Shown here in pieces: positions 21,201-32,597 of a stretch of 64,000 nt of DNA. Under the pieces are notes generated by a model that ran no database searches, was not told the origin of the DNA, and worked only from the letters and a program-made list of their open reading frames with translations. The position numbers and the translations under genes are program-made. Position 1 is the first letter of the stretch. Each line of letters begins with the position of its first letter. The stretch lies in NCBI GenBank assembly GCA_009103225.1, contig RHPI01003788.1, positions 23,712 to 87,711 on the forward strand, given 5' to 3'. This DNA is from Chlorokybus atmophyticus. Lineage: Eukaryota > Plantae > Mesostigma and Chlorokybus algae.

Positions 21201-22716
21201 GGAAGAGTGTGTGTGAGACACTAGGGATTAAACAATCCATGTCCACCGCATACCATCCTCAAAGTGATGGGCAAACGGAGAGGATGAATAGAAACTTGGA
21301 ACAAGCCTTGCGACACTATGTGTCGGCAAGTCAAGACAATTGGGATGTAACAGTCAAGGCCAAATTCTGTGATTTTCATGGCCGTTTTAGGCCTTATCTG
21401 TAAGGTACATGTTTTTAATGAATTGTGGCGGATATCGGCGAGTTATGAGTCTGCCGCGGATATCGACCGGGGCCCCAAGACCAGTCCGGAAGGTGCCAGA
21501 AAACGGAGGGCCAGTCGAGAAGGGCTCGACCAGATTTCTGGAAGGGCCTGGCGCCAAGTAGTATAACTTGACCATTTGAGCAGCAAATTAGGAGATCTTT
21601 GGTGCGTCGGAAAGGTCTAGAAGTGTACTACAAGATTCTGCAAGAATATCTTAGCTTCTAGTTCCGTCTAGCGCTAGAATCGTCTAGACAGTAGCATGTG
21701 CAGGCTGGTAGGTATAAAAGTGACATTCTACAATTTGCAATAGAACCTTTAGCTCCCTAGTTTCTGGTGTGCAAGCTTGGTGGTGGCTAGCAGGGGTTGC
21801 TAGCGTGTGTCCACCGGTGTGTGCTTGCTTGTGTGACAATCCAAGGCGCTACACAAGTCGGTGTGTAGCTTCGAGCGCATGCGCGTGCGTACGCGAGTGG
21901 CGGGGCGCGCGTGTGTGCTTGGCAGAGGGGGCAAGGTTCCGGTGTGAATACCGTGTCTTAGTGAGAGGGTTGTTGATTGGACCAACTCATAGGTGACAAG
22001 GCACGAGCACCGTCACATGGGATGAGCTACTAGATGTAGTGGAGTTCGGTATGAACTCGGCCTATCAAGAGTCACTGAAGGATAGTCCCTTCTTCTTGAA
22101 CTATGGCAAACATCCTTGTGCGCCTAGTGAGAAGATTTCCGGCAAGAAGGCAAGGGCACCGGCAGCCGGAGAGCTTGCCGCACGCATACAAGATGCGCTA
22201 AGCAAAGCCAAGGCCGCCATGAAGAGTGCTCAAGGCCGTAAAAAGTACTTTGCCGACAAGGATCGCCGGGAAGTAGTGTTTAGTGTTGGGCAACAAGTGT
22301 TGCTTAGCACGAAAAACATTACGATCAAGAGTCGGGGAAGTAAGAAGCTTCTACCCAAGTGGATTGGCCCTTTCGAGGTGCTGAATCCCGTGGGCGCCGT
22401 GGCGTATAAGCTTCGCCTCCCGGAGCACTTTAAGATACATGATGTGTTTCATATGTCGTTGCTAAGGGAGTACAAGAGTGATGGTAGAGTCCAACCCCCA
22501 CCCCTACCGGAGCTGGTAGATGGTGAGTGGGAGTATGAGGTAGAGGCGATAATGGCGCGCCATCCTCGTGGAAGGAACCGTTCTCCCGAGTACCTCGTAC
22601 AATGGAAGGGCTATGGTGTTGAACACAACTCGTGGGTCTTGGAGAGAGACTTGACAAATTGTCAAGAGTTGTTGCAAGAGTTCCTTGCAACTCATGGAGA
22701 CCTTACCCAAGCCTAG
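18263..22716 (+). pseudogene. pol: Retrotransposon Pol: Dam-like insert, aspartic protease, RT, RNase H, integrase, GPF motif, chromodomain; broken
   Basis: VLVDTGTVCNFID (protease); [19 protein letters not shown] (RT); VVSDASLHGTGAVL..TDHNPL (RNase H); H..GHFG..C..C and SMDLITELP..DRDPRF..GQTERMN (integrase); EYEVEAI..YLVQWKGY..NSW (chromodomain). Stops at 18917 and 18932, frameshifts near 19545 and 19770, and a solo LTR inside the integrase. Confidence 0.95.
21346..22017. mobile_element. Solo LTR (672 bp) of a different family, inserted in the integrase
   Basis: TGTAAC...GTCACA with 5-bp TSD TGGGA (21341-21345 / 22018-22022). Removal restores DNWDELLDVVEFGMNSAYQE. Confidence 0.92.
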
Positions 22717-22888
22717 CTACCCCGTAGCGTAGCTAACACGCCCTTTCATATATGTGCACAAAGCGTGCGCAACCCCATGCCAAACCTATTAAGTAAGGGT
22801 GCACCCACGAGGGGCAACCGTGAGGGTTGGCCACCTTCATGTCTCGTTGCTTTTCAATCTTAGTTTGTGACGGAGACCGTCACAAAAT

Positions 22889-22901
22889 AGGTGGGGAGGA
22901 G
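22889..22901 (+). promoter_or_regulatory. Polypurine tract
   Basis: AGGTGGGGAGGAG lies immediately before the 3' LTR. Confidence 0.85.
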
Positions 22902-23893
22902 TGTAACGCGGCTAGTAGTTATACTCCAAGTTAAGTGCTTGGGAAATCACATGTGTATATATGCAAGTGTGCATACATATAATAAGTTTACAACAAGTAT
23001 ATGTGCTTGTTGCCAACAATGTGTTGGTCAAGTAATTATGAATTAATTGATTATTGTTTAGTCATAAAGTACCGCATATTTGCGGTGCTGGCAGTGCATC
23101 AGACGATTCCTACCGCATATTTGCGGTAGTTGCAAGGGGACCTCGGCGAGCACCGCAAGTGCTCACGTGAGTCTCGCGTCACGCGGCAAGTCGCGCGACT
23201 TGCAGTCACAGTCAAGCGGCAAGTCGCGCGCGGCAGCCATGCGGCGTTACTGTTAGCGCGGTAGGCGTCACGCCGAGGCTCGCCGAGGGCGCGACGACGC
23301 GCTACAGTACTTGCCGCTAAGCTACAGCCAAGAAGGCTCTAGAATAATTCGAGAACAATTAGTAAGTACACTAGTTGTCTCTAGAAGATGTGTCTTATGT
23401 GGCCATAAGATATGGCACAAGATACATAAGAGAAACCTATGAGGTCCTCTTGCAATCTCATTGGTTGATCACACTTAAGGGTGAGAAACCCTTAAATATT
23501 ATTGGTGTGGACATGTGGTAGGTGTGCGTGTGAACACTTGCCACAAGTTGGTTGGCCGCCTTAGATTACACTAGGGTCCGAACGTGGCACCATTTGGTGG
23601 AGACCACAACCCTTGAGGAGTAGATAAGCCACAAGGGTATATAAGTGAGCTAGTATGAGAGGCCAAGGCATTTGTGCTTGAGTTGGTGGCATTGCCTTGG
23701 TGTGCGCGCTCGTGTGGGTCATCCTAGTGGGGTGTTCGGGTGAGAGGCCATTCAAGGGGGTGCCAAGCTTCTTCAACCTCAAGGTGTGTTGCTTGTCCTC
23801 GTGTAACACTTGTGTGTGTGAGTGCGTGCACAAGGTAGAGTGCATAACCTTCTTTGGTGAGAGCTAAGTGCTCAAGCCTAGGGTGGCGTTACA
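22902..23893 (+). repeat. 3' LTR (992 bp)
   Basis: Same termini as the 5' LTR. It is 66 bp longer (33+10+23 bp indels) and has a 64-bp inverted segment. Confidence 0.95.
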
Positions 23894-24021
23894 AGATGGC
23901 GCTTAGGAAGTTGAGAAAAAAGTTGACGCATCTTCACATTTTCGGTGTGTCTAATGCTAGACAGAGCACCATTTACTTATTTCTTCGTCCGCGCGTAGAA
24001 GATGTAGATGAGGAGGACTAG
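23894..24021 (+). pseudogene. pogo-1 transposase, 3' end
   Basis: After removing the gypsy element, the frame reads FNQMEQ|MALRKLRKKLTHLHIFGVSNARQSTIYLFLRPRVEDVDEED*. RQSTIYLF resembles the C-terminal Qxx[IL]xxF motif of pogo/Tigger transposases. Confidence 0.8.
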
Positions 24022-24988
24022 CGTGGTTGCCGCATAATAGATATACATTACTGTGTTTGCTTGCGCTAATGATGATATCCGCATTACAAAAGTAGGACAC
24101 ACATGTTATCGGGCACTTACACGCAGCATGTTAGTGTGCATGAACTTGCTTGAAACCTCCCATTGCGATGTGCATTAACTATAAGCATACATTTACTTAT
24201 AGCAAATACGATGCTGATTATGCGGTTGCTCTGCTTATATGCATAATATATACTTATATACATGTAAACATATTGTATACTTATATGGAGGTAAACATAT
24301 ATGCTCTATAAGTATATGTTTTCCAAGGACAAAGTGTATACTTATAAGGAGAGTAGACTATAGAATGTATGGCCCGGCCAATCTCGCTCGCATCAAGACC
24401 AGGCAGCGTCCGGGCAGCGGACCAGGGACAAAATGAAAGAATAAAGACAATGCAATTTTGTTCCGGCCAGCGGACCATGAATCGCAATGAATCACAATTG
24501 GCTTTGAGAGTACATATCCTAGAAGTGGCTTGATCTTCTGCTGACGGCACCGGTCACGCTGCGCAACTCACCTATAGCGCAGGAGGCCGCGGCGTCTTTG
24601 GAAATGACGATTGATATAGAGACAAACATGCTCAACTTGTGAATCACAATTTCAACCTACGACTTGTAGCATTGAGACGATGCTCTAACCACAAAGCCAC
24701 AAGTGCACGTATTATTAGGTCAGCGAAACAGTTGGTATGGTTTGCAACGTGCCGACGGCCACTTGGCGATAGTCGATTGATATACCCATTAGCTGAGCCC
24801 ATGCAGTGCATGCTATAACATGCATAGGCTGTACCAGCATCACTTCGTGGAAACTCAAAAATGCATGGACATCCGCAACTCGGCGGCTGCTAGGGTAATT
24901 AAAATACAACATTTAGTGGGGGGGCTCCAAATGTGCTGGGATCCCATGGGGGCTCCATAAACAGCCCGTTTTGAAGATGGAATAAAAC

Positions 24989-25090
24989 ATATATATATAT
25001 ATATATATATATATGCGTATATATATATATATGCGTATGTATACATATATATGTACACATACACATATACATATTTATATATACACTACA
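24989..25090. repeat. (TA)n / TATG simple repeat
   Basis: Directly visible microsatellite. Confidence 0.9.
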
Positions 25091-27094
25091 CATACCTAGC
25101 ATGTGAATCTACCCTAAGCGACCTAGATAAGTAAAAAAACGCTTTTTGAAATTTTTACTATTCTTGAGGTTGTCTTCGTGGCACTTCATGCGGTTCTCCT
25201 CGCCCTTCATCAGCTGCTGTGTTGATTGTTGTACCACTTTAATTAGCTGTCTTTGCATGCCCACCATGTCCTTTAACTGCTCAACCAAAGCAGCCAACGA
25301 CTTGTTCAGCTCAGACAGTTGTGGTGTAAGCACCCTCAAGGCAGGACGTATTGAACAGCGACGTTGACACAAATCTGCAACCCAGCGCTGCTTGGATGTG
25401 CATGCACATAGGTGCGCACAATCTGTATATGCTTGTGCGCGACTATGCATGCCTGCATGCACAGAATTTAACGAGACGCCGGCCGGTTTCTTGCGAAGCA
25501 CCCTCAACGCAGCACGCTCTTCAATGGAGGTTGTGGGCAGCATCGAAGTCCACAGCAAACTGCAACAGTGCAACTTGAGTACTTGTGTGCATGCATGCAA
25601 GTGCTCACAAGATGTCTGACGTTGTTCGTGACTGTGCATGCAAACACGTAAATGATTGTCAAGGCTATTGCTTTCAGCTCAGCCACATTGTTGACCAGAG
25701 TGTGAAGTCAGCAGTTGATTTGGGTGTGAACGCAAGTACACAACCGTGCATGAGAATGATGGCGCATGCACTTGTGCGCGCACGCGCATATACGCACATA
25801 TGCAAAGCAACTAGTGCGTCCACAACAACTTACACCAAGAAAAAATCTATAGCACGCACAGACGAAACAACATCCAGCGTGTTGTGCCAGCGTTGGCGCA
25901 TCACACTTACGTATGCACAGTAACACATGCCAGCACAACACCTGCCCTAGCATGCAACCACTTAACAACCCTTCACAGCCACAGCTACGTACTTGAATAT
26001 AAATCATCCATGCTTGAGCACCCTACGCCGCCCCCACGCCCCTCCGTGAGCCGCTACCGCCGCCTCCACCGACGCCGACGCCGCCAGCGCCGCCGACCCA
26101 CGTCTGCGCAGACAACCCTGCTGCGCAACACAGAAGTGCTAACAGACGTATTTGTTATTTGACGAGTAATTAACTTTGTAGAAAATAATTACTACATCGA
26201 AAATGCTCAATCATTGCGCCGCAGCCAATCCGCGCTTGTCATCGCAGAGGTTCCGGCCTCCCATAACGCTCGAAGGCAGCATGGGATTGTGTTTGTCGAG
26301 CATGCGATGATGGTGCCACGTCAACCGCCACGTTGGAAATGGCTGGTGCCACATGTGTATATGCCAATGCCACCTGTACACTTTGTGCTCGACCAATGCA
26401 AGCGCAACATGCATGTCTGAAAGCAGTTTTGGAGCGATTACGGGCCGCGTGGCCGCGACCGTACTTTATTACGGCGCAATCGCAGCGTTGCACACCATGT
26501 CTGAACGGGCTCCTAGAGGTAGGTCAGAACGACCAAACTAAGCGCTTGGCCTGGCTGCGCCTGGCTGGCCGCTAAACCAGGCCAGCCTGCGTGGACTTGA
26601 TGCTGCGGCGGCAGCGTAGGCAATGCCACGCTGCCGGCTCAACAGTGAGAAAGCCAGACGGCTTTTGCCATGGCAAAGCTTATGCCGGCCCGATTAGTGT
26701 TTGTGTGGACGATGTAGCGTTCGTCGTTGTGTCATGTTGCGTGGTTGGCGTCGAGGCAGCACTGATTGCGCGTGTTGATATCGGTCACTGCACCATGCAT
26801 ATGCATGGTTTAGTGACCGTGTTCAGCACTGATTAATCAGTGTCGGTTGAGCGCTACACATCCATGTCGATGTGATGTCGATGTGTCTTGTGTTGCCGAT
26901 GTTGCCGATACCAATTGTGAGATTTCAGTGGTGCGTGTTTGTTCGCAATGACAAGACGGGTGCGCTCAAATTCAAATTAGCCAATGAAACCGTCGCTGTA
27001 CGGCAGTCATGGGCTGAAAATGTACTGTAACAGTACTTTTCGTGCATCAGGTCTTAGATTTTGCGTTTCCGTTACGTGCGGCATTTATGCTTTA

Positions 27095-27385
27095 ATATAG
27101 ATAAATATATACTTGGTGTGTTTCACATGTATATATATGTATACGCATGTACGTATTTAATTGTATATGTTGAGATATGTGCATGTGAAAACTATGTATA
27201 TACGCATATTTACACAATTATATGTGTGCATAATAAGCACGTAGGTGTGTGTGTATGTATGTACATACATATCTGCACAAGTATATACACACATAAGAAT
27301 ACATATACATACAAACATATTAATATGAGTACTTGTTTGTGTGTGTATATATGTGCGCATAAAAACACATATATGTTATGTATAT
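27095..27385. repeat. Degenerate TA/TG/CA low-complexity tract
   Basis: Alternating purine-pyrimidine composition. The ORFs here (YIYV/THIY-rich) are artefacts. Confidence 0.8.
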
Positions 27386-28400
27386 CTCGGCATGTCAGAA
27401 CGTGTCACTGTAATACCTGTTGATGCGGGAGGTGCCCTATATTATGCTGTTTAATAAAAATCGATGAAGGCCACCACAAACAACTTCCTTCATCGCTAAC
27501 AACTGACAGCACCGGCAACAGCACTGATTCACTACCATTACAATACAGCGACCACAGCGCCGACACGACTGATGGACGACAGTGAACACATACTGAGCAC
27601 CGCATTCAATCAGTCGTGTTCAAGGGGGGTTCACAACCCATCTACGCTTTGTTACGTCACCAAGCTTCATCGTGACCGTCCGTCTACTACAATATCAAGC
27701 AGCCGGCATAAGCAAAAGCCTCTCACTGTCAAGGCCTACATACGGCGCCACCAGGCCAAGCCGACCAAGTCAGGCGCTTGGCCTTGCAATGTAAATGGTT
27801 CATCGTATGCAAAGTAGTACCATTGCGTCGGCGGGAACCAATTAAACAGATATTGGCGTCGTGCTTGCCGGTACACTAACAGCATTGTAGTACTTGTCCC
27901 GCGGCCACCGCATGCAATGGACGCTGTATGCTCTTGTAAATAGGAGTTATGGTGACCGCAAGTTTCGTTTGCCCTCTGCTCTAACGGTAACGGGATGACA
28001 ACATTGTGACCGTTCAACCCTTGTCAGTCGGCTTGCGTTTACGCGCGCGTCGCTATGGACGCGTCACACTACACGGCAACACAGTAATGTCAGCCGGCGA
28101 GTGCAAGTGGCTGGCAGCAATCCGCGCAAGTGCCAGTTTTCTACCGTCAGATCGACAAAGCGTACATTTAGACCGTCAGAAGCACACCTTCACGTTTGAT
28201 GATTGCTTAAGTAAAGGCAAATCAACGCGAACATAAGCAAATAATGCACGAAATGAGCACGGTGTGCACATGGCATTCGATGGACCATATACGCATATAC
28301 AATGTGTATATTTGCGGTATATTAATATTCATATACATACATATATACATGCATGCATAAATACGCATATATATAAAGGGGGGGGGGGGGGGGGGGGGTT

Positions 28401-28757
28401 NNNNNNNNNNNNNNNNNNNNNNNNNNNNNNNNNNNNNNNNNNNNNNNNNNNNNNNNNNNNNNNNNNNNNNNNNNNNNNNNNNNNNNNNNNNNNNNNNNNN
28501 NNNNNNNNNNNNNNNNNNNNNNNNNNNNNNNNNNNNNNNNNNNNNNNNNNNNNNNNNNNNNNNNNNNNNNNNNNNNNNNNNNNNNNNNNNNNNNNNNNNN
28601 NNNNNNNNNNNNNNNNNNNNNNNNNNNNNNNNNNNNNNNNNNNNNNNNNNNNNNNNNNNNNNNNNNNNNNNNNNNNNNNNNNNNNNNNNNNNNNNNNNNN
28701 NNNNNNNNNNNNNNNNNNNNNNNNNNNNNNNNNNNNNNNNNNNNNNNNNNNNNNNNN
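28401..28757. other. Assembly gap flanked by poly-G; other gaps at 49245-49309, 50067-50410, 51430-52195 and 54351-54376
   Basis: Runs of N, each bordered by G/C homopolymers or (GA)n. Confidence 0.99.
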
Positions 28758-28836
28758 GGGGGCTTCTATACGGGTACATACGGTATGTGCATGTGTATCT
28801 ATATCTCACATATAAGCCGTAGTACACATGCACATA

Positions 28837-28952
28837 CCGTATTTACCCCCCTATAGAAGCCCCCCCTTTTACCCCTTGTAAATGGAGGGGGCTTGTCATG
28901 GGGAGCTTGTACTGCACCTGTTATAGGGGAGGGCTTTAACGGGTAAATACGG
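28837..28952. mobile_element. 116-bp MITE (Tc1/mariner-pogo type)
   Basis: Perfect 12-bp TIRs CCGTATTTACCC / GGGTAAATACGG, flanked by TA on both sides (28835-28836, 28953-28954). Both arms share inner CCCCTATA and AAGCCC motifs. Confidence 0.8.
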
Positions 28953-30581
28953 TATCTGTATATGTATATGTACACAAATATCAACATTCAAGCCAGTGCA
29001 TACTTATATACAGGTGTACAAATTTGTGTGCATTTGTACATATGTAACTAAAAACGGTCATTTTACCCACTTTATCGAGCGGATTTATATCAACAGCCGC
29101 AACGTGCCACATTCCGGCCAGATTGTCAAACAATGCAGTTACGAAAAGCGTCCAATCACCGGGCAGCAACGTGTAAGGCGCCAAATGAGGCATTGTTGGA
29201 TGGTTCAACGTAGAACTTGCAATCACCATAACAATTCCGACTGATACTACAAATACGTGCGTACGATGTTGAATCAAGCACTGTGTCAGTAAGGCAAGTT
29301 AAAGTGGCAAGCAGCGTTGGACGGTTGATGTGTGAACGTGTGCATGCAATTGATTGTGAGTATACAAGATTGTTTGTGTGTGCAATATTGCACGCATACA
29401 AATTTGTAATTGATAATAACACACACGGAGGTCGAACATGCACGTGCGTAAGACTGTCGGTACACTGTGGGGATAGACAGTCGACATGCCTACACACTTG
29501 TGTAGGTATGTCAACGGTGCGCAGTCATTGTGTTTAGTGCGCAACTTAAAGGTCTGTTGAAATCCAACATGGTTGCGCACACCTATACACACACTGAGTT
29601 TAACCTTCTGGCTGAGATGGAGAGGTGTTCTTACTTTGAGTGTCTTGTTGCACTTACAAGATGTGATTATAGGCTACTACCACAACTTCTGCTGAGGCAA
29701 CTGCTGCTGCGGCTGCTGCGGCTCCGGTCGATGTAGCAACGGCTCTGGCTGTTGCAGCAACGGCTGCTGCGGCTGCGGCTATGATTACAAGCAGCTTAAC
29801 TATAATGAACAACAACATTAATATCAACAACAAAGCAGCAGCAGCGGCGAGAAACTGCTGCAAGCGTAAAGCTGTTGCTATGATAATTGAGTACAAGGAA
29901 CATGCAAAACATTTGCAATAAGAACACCACAGTGTGGAACGAACAACAATCCCATCTAGGGTTAAATGCTCCAATTTCGGCAAAATAAGCTAGCAAGCCT
30001 AATAACTCACGGGGGGTTCATTGATTGGCAGATATGTGAGAGGCAAAGTTGAAGCCTATCCAATAACCCACATGTAGGTAATCTTTATTTATTTTTCTAA
30101 CAAGTAACGCGACAGCTATGCCGCGCCAAGCATGTCAGTGTAGAGGCTGGTGGCTAAAATGGCATCTGACCTTATTTCGGCGCCAGCCTTCCCTTACTAC
30201 AGTGAGGGTGAGCACCGGCCTTTGCATGTGGGTGGCAGGGGATATGTGGCGGCTGTGCTAACACTGGCAGCTGGCTATTCTCGCCACATGAAAGGCGGGA
30301 AGCTGGATTACACAGCTTTCACTCCGCCTTAGGCAAGTTGTGCTTATGCATGTGCGCGGTGTTGTCGTGGGCGGCAAGGCAACCATTACAGCAGGGCTAG
30401 CAAGGTAGAGTGATAAGAGGGTTGCATGTAAGGGTGTAGTTTGTCTTATGTATAGGAGTTACAAGGTTCTGCACTATGCTATTGCTATAGGCCTGGGTAG
30501 AAGTGAAACCTACTGTTTATGTTAAGCAGCACGCTTTGCTCATCAGCGTGTGCCTGCATCTTTGCAATTTTCTCTTGGCCA

Positions 30582-32597
30582 TTATGAGTACATGCGGTTG
30601 ATGAATACAGACCACTCAAGGAATGGCTCATGGTGCTTGCTGGTCCACAGCATAGGGTCCCAGTCCCACTGGTTGAACAAGATTGTGGCTTCTTGACGTG
30701 TCCCCTTGCGCCGCTCCTGGTCTAAGCGTGCTGCTGCATTTCTTTCCGCATGTTCTTGTGCTTGCTGTGCTTGCTTAGCCACTGCCTCTGCTGCTTGTAC
30801 AGCACGTTTGGTTGCCTTTTTGTGCATGCTGTGCTGCTGCTTTGGCTGCTTGCTGCTCTTACCTTGCTGCAGATGTCTGAGCCTTTGGGCTGCTGCAAGT
30901 GCTCGCTCTGCACGGCTACAGCACGTGCATCTTTCCTTTGTTAAACAACTTCCTTCTCTCTCCTGTTGTCCTCTATAAGCTCAAAATGCCGATTCCAATG
31001 TCTTTGTGTGCGAGCCATTCTGCATTCTGGGTCTGACTCTGACCTTATTAGGTGGGGGGGAGCACTGGCGTCTGCTGCTGGTGTTGCTGTCTCTTCTCTG
31101 GGTTCCTCGTCTGCTCTGAGCTCCCGGTTGACACCATCAACGGCGTCCATTAACACATCCAGCCGTCCCTTTGGGGGCTCTAGAGGCAGGTACTTGTCCA
31201 CCGCACAGTCATTCCAGAGAGAGATGCCTGCATGCACAACTGTGGGACACAAATTTTCTGCATGGCATCACAGAAGGACACACATAGCCACTCACTTACC
31301 GCATGCCTTGCAGCCATCCACTATGTTGCTTACACTTAGCCTTGCATGAAAGCATGGCACGAGCGTCTTCATTCGGGAGCCCTCTTACATGCCTGTTCTG
31401 GTTTTTCCATGCCCGGTACTCCTTCCGATACTGCGCTTTGAAACTGCTTAAGCAGGATACATCAAGCACCTGCAATCGATGTGTCGTCTGTGGGGGCATG
31501 ACCAGCATCTCCAGTCCCATTCCCTCGCACTTGTCTATTGTAGCCACATTGTAACGACTCACGTGGCCATCACACATCAGCAGCACAGGGTTGCAAAGAC
31601 TGATACCACCAGGCATGTGCAAAGCCAGATGATCAATCCAGGTGGCGAAGTGCTCAATAGTCATCAAAGCGTTTTCTTGCACGCTAAGAGAAGCATCAAG
31701 GAGGTTGAAGGCTGTTGGGTAAAGATGCTTGCCATTTAGGTCTGCAGGTGGAGGAGTAGCATAGCCAGAAGCTGTCACAACCGCCATCAAGGTGATATGT
31801 TGTTTTGCACCAGATGTTGCCAACTGTGCCCATTTTAATCCACTGCACACAACAGTGTTGTTAGCAAGGTCAGCACCGCATGCTTGCTAGCCACTATGCA
31901 TTGCAATGCTTGCACTCACCTTTTTACCACCACTTGCGTGTTCCTCATTATAGAGTTCGGCTCTATGCCAATCTCATCACAGGAAACAATGCTCTGATCA
32001 TATGCCCATCACCTGCAGCACCTCCTTGAACCGCTTGAGTAGTTCTTGACAATCCACCTCTTGAAGCTGGTGCGTCTGCTGGCATCCACTGGCTCAGTCT
32101 TGCGCTTGCTGAGCCTGTTCCGTTTCATGAACAGCCTCACCCACTTGTCACCACGTACCCCATGGTTAAAACTCTTCTCCCCGCATGTCCTTGCATAGCA
32201 TCTAAGCCACATGCACTGCAATTTCATTTGTTGTCATTGCTTGCCCAATGTCATTTTAGTAGGTACGGAAGGTTTGACCAACTATGCCTCCTCTTCTGTG
32301 ATTAGTACATCGTTTTCCCCGCTCCCCTGCACACGCAAGCCAGCATGAGTCCAGCTACCAACACTACCAAATGTGCAGCAACACAATGTAAACTTATTCG
32401 TAATATTGTAAGCGTTCAAGACTACAAATGTAGTGTTTCATTGTGGACTTAGGCACGCCAAGGTCTCGGGCAGCCTCTGCAGCTGTCATACATCTAGGCT
32501 GCACATCATTGATAGCCTCCTTCACAGCGGGGAGGAGGAGTTCTCTATCTTTCCTCTTCAAATAGGGGCCCCTCTTGTGCTGGTTTTGCTGTGCCAT
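30582..32597 (-). pseudogene. pogo-2 transposase (HTH-psq, Tc5 HTH, DDE_1, DD35D)
   Basis: MTAAEAARDLGVPKSTMKHY; GVRGDKWVRLFMKRNRLSKRK; ITLMAVVTASG..PVLLMCDGHVSR..LVMPPQTTHRLQVLDVSCLSSFK. There are 35 residues between the last two Asp. The gene has introns, stops and frameshifts. Confidence 0.88.

Larger units (their letters stand above)
15980..23893 (+). mobile_element. Ty3/gypsy LTR retrotransposon, chromovirus type (7,914 bp)
   Basis: TG...CA LTRs at 15980-16905 and 22902-23893, with PBS and PPT. Order is gag-PR-RT-RH-IN-chromodomain. The 4-bp TSD is AGAT (15976-15979 / 23894-23897), and removal restores the pogo-1 reading frame. Confidence 0.97.
2468..24360 (+). mobile_element. Tigger/pogo-type DNA transposon (pogo-1), ~3.0 kb after removing nested insertions
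   Basis: Imperfect 23-bp TIRs: CAGTCTACTCGGGCTATAAGTAT (2468-2490) vs the reverse complement of 24338-24360 (TAGTCTACTCTCCTTATAAGTAT). TA follows the right end; the left flank reads AA. It encloses a CENP-B-HTH plus DDE_1 transposase gene. Confidence 0.75.

Noticed and set aside
29690-29815. Metallothionein-like Cys-rich peptide (GNCCCGCCGSGRCSNG...)
   Set aside because: It is one frame of a GCT/GCG low-complexity tract bounded by stops, with no start or splice support.
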